Part shown: one piece after another, positions 53,815 through 60,812 of the stretch
Layout: each line of letters opens with the position of its first letter
How positions within the stretch are numbered: position 1 is the stretch's first letter
Assembly: GCA_045633945.1 (NCBI GenBank)
Contig: JAZQZH010000010.1
Span: forward strand, 1-60,812
Direction of reading: 5' to 3'
Length of the DNA: 60,812 bases
Origin: Alphaproteobacteria bacterium
Lineage (GTDB): Bacteria; Pseudomonadota; Alphaproteobacteria; RF32; CAG-239
Notes under the pieces: model-generated
What the model was told of the DNA's origin: nothing
Database searches by the model: none
The model's input: only the letters and a program-made list of their open reading frames with translations
Made by a program: the position numbers and the translations under genes

Positions 53815-53976
53815 GCTTTATCCTTTCTTTAGTTTTGTGTATCTTATATTGAAACTTCTTAAGATAAAGTTACAAAAAAATAAAAAATGAGTCATTTTTT
53901 GTTTGCAATATAAAAAATATATGTTATAAACGCTCATAATTTTAACAATTTAGAGATTAGAAAAGAGGTGATTTAA

Positions 53977-54183
53977 GTGGTTCAAGTTACTGTTATTGGT
54001 AATGACGTAGCTCAATCTTTGAAGATTTTGAAGAAGAAAATGCAACGCGAAGGTGTTTTTCGTGAGATGAAGTTGCGCCGTTGTCATGAAAAGAATTCTG
54101 AAAAGAAGACTCGTCGTAAAGCTGAAGCTATTAGACGTTCTAGAAAACAGTTGCGTAAGCGCTTAGATACTGAAGGATTCTAA
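53977..54183 (+). CDS. rpsU: 30S ribosomal protein S21
   Basis: [24 protein letters not shown]. Confidence 0.95.
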   Translation: MVQVTVIGNDVAQSLKILKKKMQREGVFREMKLRRCHEKNSEKKTRRKAEAIRRSRKQLRKRLDTEGF

Positions 54184-54203
54184 TCTTGATGTCTAAATTT
54201 TAG

Positions 54204-54232
54204 GAAGGAAACGAAAGTTTCCTTCTTTTTTT
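54204..54232 (+). terminator. rpsU terminator
   Basis: gaaggaaac-gaaa-gtttccttc plus T7. Confidence 0.88.
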
Positions 54233-54333
54233 ATCTAGAAAGCCTCGTGTTTACGTCTGTGTTTCTTTTTTTATCTTTTTTTTACTTTTATAAGTGAAGA
54301 TAAAGTGAAGTGAACGTATCTTTGGAGGAGAAT

Positions 54334-55116
54334 ATGTATTTAGAAAAGGCTAAAAAGCTTCTTGATAACGAATATAAAAGCAAATTTGAATTAGCTTCAG
54401 GGAGAGGTGCTCAGTTAATAAAAGAAAAAATTAGGCATTCTTATCAGGTTTTGGGTGCTGGTAATTTGATTTTGAAAAATGAAGATAAGTATGTTAAGTT
54501 AAGCGAAGAAGAAAAGGATTTATTAAAAGCTACTCTTTTGCTTCATGATATAGGGCGTTTTAAGGAAGCGGTGGTTGAAAAGCTAGATCATGGTGTATAT
54601 GGAGCAGAGTTATTAAAAAACACAGCAGAATTTAATAAAAAAGAGGTTTGGCTAGCGATAAAACATCATGGTCATTTGATTGAGGATTTGTATGAAGATG
54701 AAGAGTATTTGTGCTTGGATGATGATGAAAAAGAAGAAGTGAAAAAATATATATTTTTAATTAGAGATGCTGATAAAATTGCAAATTTTTATTTGTTAAT
54801 GAATGAATTTCATGAGATGTCTAAATTGTTTTTGTATCCTGAACGTTATAAAAATACTGGAGCAGCATCAGATTTGGTTCATAATAGATTTATGAAACAC
54901 TGTTCTATAAATAAAAATGATGTAACAAATATGGCAGATCAGAGTTTGATGTTTTTTGCTTGTGTTTTTGATTTAAATTACAGGGCTTCTTTTGAGTTTT
55001 TAGATCGGCTCAAAATTATTGATAAGTTGATGGATTTTTGTGCAGAATTGTGGGAGCCGTTGCAAGCTAGTATATATAAACAAGAGATATTAAATTATAT
55101 AAAAAATAGATTATAA
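54334..55116 (+). CDS. HD-domain phosphohydrolase
   Basis: K.RHS..V, LLHDIGRF, DHG, AIKHH, IRDADK; ATG 54334 after GGAGG. Confidence 0.88.
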   Translation: MYLEKAKKLLDNEYKSKFELASGRGAQLIKEKIRHSYQVLGAGNLILKNEDKYVKLSEEEKDLLKATLLLHDIGRFKEAVVEKLDHGVYGAELLKNTAEFNKKEVWLAIKHHGHLIEDLYEDEEYLCLDDDEKEEVKKYIFLIRDADKIANFYLLMNEFHEMSKLFLYPERYKNTGAASDLVHNRFMKHCSINKNDVTNMADQSLMFFACVFDLNYRASFEFLDRLKIIDKLMDFCAELWEPLQASIYKQEILNYIKNRL

Positions 55117-55119
55117 AAG

Positions 55120-55147
55120 AAAAGCCTCCGTTTGGAGGCTTTTTTTT
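55120..55147. terminator. Bidirectional terminator
   Basis: aaaagcctcc-gttt-ggaggctttt. Confidence 0.85.
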
Positions 55148-55679
55148 AAGATAATTTCTCTACTTGGTTAAATTCAAGCTCAACAGGTGTTTCACGACCA
55201 AAAATTGAAACAGAAACTTTTAGACGTGTCTTTTCTGTATCTACCTCGTTAACAGTACCAATAAATGATGCAAAAGGACCATCTGTTACGCGGATTTGTT
55301 CACCAATTTCAAAGTAGATATCTGTTGTTGGACGATCAATGCCTTCTTCGATTTGTGTCATAATGCGCTTAACTTCTTTTTCTGTAATAGGTTGAGGCTT
55401 GTTATGGCTACCAAGGAAACCGCTAACACGAGGAGTATCTTTTACAATGTGCCAAGTGTCATCATTCATCTCCATCTTGATTAAGATATAACCAGGGAAG
55501 AACTTGTGTTCTGCGTTAACTTTTGCACCTTTACGAATTTCAACAACTTGTTCTGTTGGAACTAAAACCTCTAAAATTTTGTCATCCATCTTTTTTAGAA
55601 CAGCTTGTTCACGAATCGATTCAGCAACCTTTTTTTCAGAACCGGAATATACATTAACAACATACCAACGAGCGGTCAT
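55146..55679 (-). CDS. nusG: Transcription termination/antitermination factor NusG
   Basis: WYVV.VYSG.E, FFPGY, GPFASF.G, VSIFGRETPVEL. Confidence 0.98.
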   Translation of the reverse strand: MTARWYVVNVYSGSEKKVAESIREQAVLKKMDDKILEVLVPTEQVVEIRKGAKVNAEHKFFPGYILIKMEMNDDTWHIVKDTPRVSGFLGSHNKPQPITEKEVKRIMTQIEEGIDRPTTDIYFEIGEQIRVTDGPFASFIGTVNEVDTEKTRLKVSVSIFGRETPVELEFNQVEKLS

Positions 55680-55690
55680 GATAAAAACTC

Positions 55691-55879
55691 CTAATTAAAT
55701 ATTGAACGAACGATGGCGCCAAAGAACATATCAACTAAAAAGAAGAAAGTTGAAGCAATGGCAATAAGGATGATAACCATGATTGTTGCTTGTGTTACTT
55801 CTTTTTTTGAAGGCCAAGTAACCTTTTTTACTTCTTGTTTAACTTGTCTAAAAAATTGTATTGGACTTGTTTTTCCCAT
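55691..55879 (-). CDS. secE: Preprotein translocase subunit SecE
   Basis: FFRQVKQEVKKVTWPS, single TM, adjacent to nusG. Confidence 0.95.
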   Translation of the reverse strand: MGKTSPIQFFRQVKQEVKKVTWPSKKEVTQATIMVIILIAIASTFFFLVDMFFGAIVRSIFN

Positions 55880-56079
55880 AGCGATACCATTTCAATAAGT
55901 GTTACGAACACAGACAATTAAAGCTTAATTGTCATTAAACATTAGAAATTATATAAATGTTTTTATATTGATATGTCAAGCAAAAGTTTTGCCTAGTGTT
56001 ATGTTTTTTAATTGTTTTAGTTGATTTTAATTTATTTTTATGTTATAATTTGTTATGTTTTTGATAGTAGGAGTGTATT

Positions 56080-57162
56080 ATGAGTGAAGATAAAAAAGAA
56101 GGCAGTTCTGTATATACAGAAGCAAAAGATTGTGTGAAAGAAGGGAATACAGATTATACTATTGAAGTTAAAAGAGCTGTTCGCGATGTTGATGAGAAAA
56201 AATCAGTTGAGAGTACGGTAATTACTGAGGAAATTCAGAGGAAAAAAGAAAATACTAGCGTTTTTGATTATACAGGTACTTATCATGATGTTTCTGGTGG
56301 TACGTTAACTGAACATGTAGCGAGAAAAAATACAGAAATTAGTAGAAGGAATGGAACTCCTAAAGTTATAATAGAAGAAAAGGAGAGAAGCCTAACTAGA
56401 GAAGATGGAACTATGGCTCAGTCTGCTGGTTATGATTATGAGATTACGACATTTCAAACCTCTCAGACAGAAAATAGATATGATAGAAATGGACGTTTAA
56501 AATCATCAGAGGCGCATAGTGAAACTGTTAGTAAAGATGAGGCAATTAAAATTGATGAAAAATCTAAGTATAAATATGACTATAAAGGTGAGGGGGATAC
56601 TGAATATAGCATAGGTGATAGTGAGCGTTATGAAACTAAGAGAGCAATGAGTGCGTATGCTCATTTTAGTAATGGAGCGGTTGAATTGCAGGTTAAAAGT
56701 AGTAGTTATAAAAAAGAATTTGAAGGACATATAAATAGTGATGGTAGTGAAGTATATTCAACTACTAAAAGAGGAAAAGTTGTAGAAGTTAGAGTAACCG
56801 AAGACGAAGTTAGTGGTGTTAAATATGATTTATCAACTGGTGAAGAGAGAGCGCTTTCTAAATTCAGGTTAAAAAGAGAGTTAAAAAATGATAGAAAAAA
56901 AGCAGATGGAGTTATAGAAAAAGTTACAAATGGTGAATTTGCGGCTGTTGATGAGTATATGTATGGTATAAGAGGCGCTGAAGTAACGGGAGAGGTGCCT
57001 GTAGCAAGTTATATGTTTGATATGACGCCGGAACAAAGAGTGAACGGTTCATCTGTGTCTGAAGAGGATATGGCGAAACATAATGCAGAAGTTGAAAATG
57101 CGAAGAGTATTACGGCTGAAGATATTGTGAGACAGAGGTTGGCTGAAAGTCGTGCAAGGTAA
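56080..57162 (+). CDS. Hypothetical highly charged protein
   Basis: 360 aa ORF with AGGAG SD, TTGATT-N17-TATAAT promoter (56021-56049) and terminator at 57181-57208. Confidence 0.8.
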   Translation: MSEDKKEGSSVYTEAKDCVKEGNTDYTIEVKRAVRDVDEKKSVESTVITEEIQRKKENTSVFDYTGTYHDVSGGTLTEHVARKNTEISRRNGTPKVIIEEKERSLTREDGTMAQSAGYDYEITTFQTSQTENRYDRNGRLKSSEAHSETVSKDEAIKIDEKSKYKYDYKGEGDTEYSIGDSERYETKRAMSAYAHFSNGAVELQVKSSSYKKEFEGHINSDGSEVYSTTKRGKVVEVRVTEDEVSGVKYDLSTGEERALSKFRLKRELKNDRKKADGVIEKVTNGEFAAVDEYMYGIRGAEVTGEVPVASYMFDMTPEQRVNGSSVSEEDMAKHNAEVENAKSITAEDIVRQRLAESRAR

Positions 57163-57278
57163 AGAAATCTTTTATTTGTTAAGAGCGTAAAGTTGGCGCT
57201 CTTTTTTTGCTTTAGGTTATTTACATTTTAGAAAATATGTGTATAATACAGGAGAATTTGAATTATAATTATGAGTTT

Positions 57279-57629
57279 ATGAAAAAAAGAATTTTTATGT
57301 TAGGAATGCTGGGCATTCTTTGGGGCGCTACTAGTTGTGCAAGTCTTTCTGCTGGTGTGGGGCATGTTTGTAATGTTCGTGTTGTTGACGAGGCAGCTTA
57401 TAGAGAAGGAAAGGTTGTTACGACGTTGATTGCAGATGGCGCGTATAAAGTATCGAGAGATGTTACAACAATTTCTGTTGCCTATTTGTTGATGGAAAAT
57501 GGTGATGTTGTTGTGATTTGTGAAGATCCAGAGAAGATCGTTTTGCCCTATACTAAAGATGAGGCAAAAGTAATTATGATGAGTAATCTTGGTCAAAATA
57601 TTGAGATTATTTATCATAGTGACGAGTAA
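57279..57629 (+). CDS. Hypothetical lipoprotein
   Basis: MKKRIF...ATSC lipobox; own promoter (TTTACA..TG.TATAAT, 57220-57247). Confidence 0.7.
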   Translation: MKKRIFMLGMLGILWGATSCASLSAGVGHVCNVRVVDEAAYREGKVVTTLIADGAYKVSRDVTTISVAYLLMENGDVVVICEDPEKIVLPYTKDEAKVIMMSNLGQNIEIIYHSDE

Positions 57630-57634
57630 GATGC

Positions 57635-57663
57635 AAAAAAACCACCTATTAAGGTGGTTTTTT
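57635..57663. terminator. Bidirectional terminator
   Basis: aaaaaaaccacct-atta-aggtggtttttt; similar hairpin at 58681-58704. Confidence 0.85.
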
Positions 57664-57681
57664 GTTTTAGCGTTTTTGCAC

Positions 57682-58260
57682 TTAAGCGCCGAAGAACTTA
57701 ATCTCTTCGTCTAGGACGAGTGTTGGTGTCCATGCGCGGAGCTTAACTCTCTCTACTGTATCGCTTACCCAGTAGATCTTGTCGTTTTCCTGCTTTTCAA
57801 GGTGGCACATACCTATGAGCTTCTTAGCGCTTGAGTAGTCGTAGAGTACGGCGCCGTCCTCGTTGGTTGTGGTGTTGAGCTTAAGCTCTTTGTTACCCTT
57901 GTGTTCAATCTTAGCAGGGATCTTTAGACCGGCATCAGCCTTGCTTACCCAAACAAGCTGACCGAGTTCTGTATCGAGATAGCAGTCGTTACCCAAAACG
58001 CGCTTTGCGTAGTGATAAGGAGCTGGTCTTTGATCAGGCTTGAGTGCTGGCAACCAAAAACCTTTTGCTTTGTCTGAAACCCAAGCGTAGTCAATGCGCT
58101 CTTCATACCAGTTACCATCTGCGTCGTAGTGACCTACTGATACTCTCTTAAGATGTGCTCGTCCGAGGTGTCTCTTTGCTTCGTTAGATGTGCAAGGGGC
58201 AAAACCCTGTCTGTAATCTGCATTCTGGATAAAATATCCATGAATTAAGTTTGTAAACAT
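57682..58260 (-). CDS. Hypothetical protein, higher GC than flanks
   Basis: Three internal WVS(D/K) motifs; TTGACA promoter at 58337-58332. Confidence 0.7.
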   Translation of the reverse strand: MFTNLIHGYFIQNADYRQGFAPCTSNEAKRHLGRAHLKRVSVGHYDADGNWYEERIDYAWVSDKAKGFWLPALKPDQRPAPYHYAKRVLGNDCYLDTELGQLVWVSKADAGLKIPAKIEHKGNKELKLNTTTNEDGAVLYDYSSAKKLIGMCHLEKQENDKIYWVSDTVERVKLRAWTPTLVLDEEIKFFGA

Positions 58261-58847
58261 AAATTTTAAGTTTTTTTGGTTTATAATAATATATAAAGTC
58301 AATTTTGATATATATACTATTTTATAATTTTTGTCAATATGGTTTATGAAAAAAAATGCATTTTAATGAAAAAAATGTAATAGCAGGGGCGTTCTTACAT
58401 TTTATTATATGTTTTTTTTAATTAAGTTATTCGTTTTTTCTTTTTATGAAAGTTAATTTTGTCAAGATGGTTGTTTTTAGAAAGATTTTATTATTATACT
58501 AAAAGTGTTTGTGATTCTGATAAGTTTCTTAAACAATGTATAAAGGAAGCTAAGAAAATGGAATTAGATGTGAAAAGAGAAAAACACAAAGCTAAACGAA
58601 GATTATTGAATGTAAAAACTAAGAAGTTTTTTAGAGATACTCTTTTCTAGCTAAAATATAAGAGATACATATTTTGATATAAGACCACCTAAAAAGGTGG
58701 TTTTGTTGTTTGATATTATTATGGAATATTAGCGTTATGTGTTGATGTAGCGTGTATTTTGAACTCATATGGTTGACAAAAGTATAAAAGTGTGATATTG
58801 GGTGTCTTGATAGGTTATTATTATAACAACTAATAAATTTAATAATT

Positions 58848-59273
58848 ATGAAGTATTTTGGTTTAGTGTTAGTTCCTGTTGGGGAAAAGAAGGTGGATTT
58901 TGCCTTTCATGTGTCGATGTCTATGGAATATGATATGGCGGGCGGTGACGAGTGTGTTATTGAGGTTGTGGAATTCAACTGCTCATCTTTGTCATCAATG
59001 TATGATAAGGTTTGCGAGTATCTTGATAATATTCTTAATCTTCCGATGACAGAAGAACGTGTTAAAATGTGCACGTATTTGGGATTGATGCAGGTGGTTT
59101 TGCGCGAAAGCGAAAATCGTTATCCTATTCCACAGGAGACACTTGAGGTTTTGCGTCAGTATGAGGAATATAAGGATCTGCAAAGTGATTCTGGCTATTA
59201 TTTCTATTTAGATGTTAGGCACAAGGAAGGTATTGAGGCAGCAGTGCGTGAGCATTATGAAAATGCTAAGTAG
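58848..59273 (+). CDS. Hypothetical protein
   Basis: 141 aa ORF with TTGACA at 58773 and terminator at 59289-59319. Confidence 0.7.
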   Translation: MKYFGLVLVPVGEKKVDFAFHVSMSMEYDMAGGDECVIEVVEFNCSSLSSMYDKVCEYLDNILNLPMTEERVKMCTYLGLMQVVLRESENRYPIPQETLEVLRQYEEYKDLQSDSGYYFYLDVRHKEGIEAAVREHYENAK

Positions 59274-59569
59274 AATTAGCCTAAAAGAAGAGCTCCATCT
59301 ATATGATGGGGCTTTTTTTAGTTAATAACTATTGAAAGTTAATTTTTAGGATAGAGCATTTGTAGTCTTTATTAGATGTATTTCCGCTATTGTAATAGCA
59401 TCCATCCCCATCCTTGTGATATAACTAAATATCCATTATCAAAAAGGGCAAATTTTAGTACATCAGGAGAAAATGTTTATATCATTTTGAGATTAATAGA
59501 GTTGTCAAACTGAACGTCATTGTGCGTAAGTGTATGATTTTGTATTGTATTTTTAATGTATTTGTTTTT

Positions 59570-59689
59570 ATGGGACAGTTAAGGGGCGAAAGGTGTTAGA
59601 TTTGTCTTATTTTTAGCGCTTTTGATGATATATGATTTTTTTGTGATTTATTCTTATTTTGTGTACTTAATGTCCCATTTGTGTCCCAT
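59570..59689. repeat. TGTCCCAT repeats, putative integrase arm-type sites
   Basis: Direct copies at 59671 and 59682, inverted copy at 59570. Confidence 0.55.
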
Positions 59690-59736
59690 GAATAAAAAAA
59701 AGACTTTGAGATATTCTCTCAAAGCCTTGTAAATAG

Positions 59737-59750
59737 TGGCAGGGGCAGTA
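59737..59750 (-). mobile_element. att-site scar: 3' end of a tRNA (probably tRNA-Trp)
   Basis: Minus strand TACTGCCCCTGCCA resembles a tRNA 3' acceptor end with CCA; tRNA-Trp normally precedes secE in Alphaproteobacteria. Confidence 0.65.
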
Positions 59751-59909
59751 AGAAGCCCTAAAAAATAGATGTATCAACCTATTCTATTGATTTAATTTAA
59801 TTTTTATATAGTATAATTTTTAATACTGTATCACTTCACTGTACCAAAACTGTACCACATTAAAAAATAAAAAGGAGCAACCAATTTTTATCTTGGGGGC
59901 AATTTTTTA

Positions 59910-60473
59910 TCATTCAGCAATATAATTATAATAGGTCTTCCTACTAATATGATATTTTTTGATGATATCAGCAATTTTCATACCACACTCTCTATCCTTC
60001 ATCATATTCTCTCTCATAATAGGATTTAATTTTTTAGCCCTCTCTTTTGAATATTTGCCTTCTTCTTTTGCTTTACTGATACCATATCTTTGTCTATCAA
60101 GTATATTTGCCCTTTCAAACTCATAAAATGAACATAACAAATGGAACATTAATTTTTGGATATGGTCATTCTCACCACCAAATGTAAGATTTTCTTTGTC
60201 AAAATGAATGGTAGCACCTTTTTTTGTAATCTCTTCAACAACCTCTTTTAATTCTTTTAGATTTCTGCCCAATCTATCTAAACTTAAACAATAGACACAA
60301 TCACCTTCTCTTATGTAATTTAACATATCTCTAATTGCTGTCCTATCTTTTACTGATTTGCCACTAATTTTTTCAGCAAAAACCTTATCAATCTTGTATT
60401 TTTCTTTTAATACCTCTTGTCTTTCTAAACATTGGGGTTGGGTTGATACTCTCATCATCAAGACATTTACCAT
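59910..60473 (-). CDS. Serine recombinase (resolvase/invertase) with C-terminal HTH
   Basis: RVST..Q.LERQ, EKISG, DR, SLDRLGRN, EFER..I..RQ..GI..AK..G. Confidence 0.93.
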   Translation of the reverse strand: MVNVLMMRVSTQPQCLERQEVLKEKYKIDKVFAEKISGKSVKDRTAIRDMLNYIREGDCVYCLSLDRLGRNLKELKEVVEEITKKGATIHFDKENLTFGGENDHIQKLMFHLLCSFYEFERANILDRQRYGISKAKEEGKYSKERAKKLNPIMRENMMKDRECGMKIADIIKKYHISRKTYYNYIAE

Positions 60474-60486
60474 ATCATCATTTCCT

Positions 60487-60552
60487 TTAATGTATAATTT
60501 ATATCTATAATTACACTATACTTTTATTAAAATCAAGTAAATTATACATTAA
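60487..60552. promoter_or_regulatory. Putative res site of the resolvase
   Basis: Perfect 15 bp inverted repeat ttaatgtataattta / taaattatacattaa just upstream of the resolvase. Confidence 0.6.
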
Positions 60553-60652
60553 TTACACATTTTTTTGCAGTGTATCTAAACTATACTTTATTTTCACATT
60601 TTTTATTTTTTAAATTTTGATTCCATTTTGGAAGATATGGTATAAATAAAAT

Positions 60653-60705
60653 TGGGAGCAGAATACTGAACTTATATAATTCTGCTGTTAGGTTCAGTCC
60701 CACCA
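60653..60705 (+). ncRNA. Candidate small pseudoknot RNA
   Basis: Interleaved helices AGCAGAAT/ATTCTGCT and ACTGAACTTA/TAGGTTCAGT downstream of a TG-extended TATAAA. Confidence 0.35.
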
Positions 60706-60812
60706 TATATGGATAAAAATAGAGAAGATAGAGAATGTTGAATAACTACTCATAATCTTCTCAAAAAAATTACATTTCCAATAAACAAAAAATTATACCT
60801 TAAAATTAAGGT

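Larger units (their letters stand above)
59751..60812. mobile_element. Edge of an integrated element, continuing beyond the window
   Basis: Adjacent att scar, three ACTGTA(C/T)CA repeats (59825, 59838, 59849), resolvase gene, loss of the + strand G/T skew. Confidence 0.6.

Noticed and set aside
58459-58650. 63 aa ORF
   Set aside because: TTG start overlaps promoter-like DNA and there is no motif; it may be a short gene from ATG 58558 or a remnant, but cannot be supported

Overview
Low-GC chromosomal window from what looks like an alphaproteobacterium. This is inferred from GyrB/TypA/NusG sequence style and DUF2066-AI-2E, DUF502-recJ and DUF2333-murJ synteny; pta-ackA suggests a fermentative, possibly gut-associated lineage. 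Core genes are typA, gyrB, pta, ackA, serS, metK (with a SAM-II-like riboswitch), recJ, infA, gloB, murJ, ampG, tRNA-Ser(GGA), rpsU, nusG and secE. Notable accessory features: (1) An integrase-free layered insertion hotspot between gyrB and an AI-2E transporter gene. It holds one orphan gyrB 3' end and two orphan AI-2E 3' ends that carry mostly synonymous changes. Its cargo is a NadM-like/CofE-like/HD/PnuC/NDT/radical SAM/porin operon with two similar structured leaders, plus two ankyrin-like paralog cassettes. (2) Two tandem, covarying, rod-shaped ~240-280 nt ncRNA candidates next to tRNA-Ser. (3) Five GtrII-like GT-C paralogs and two GtrB-like enzymes. (4) A Bacteroidetes-style repeat lipoprotein. 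(5) An orphan-gene island upstream of secE ending at a tRNA-Trp-like att scar, followed by the edge of an integrated element with a serine resolvase. All calls come from reading the sequence; no database search was run.
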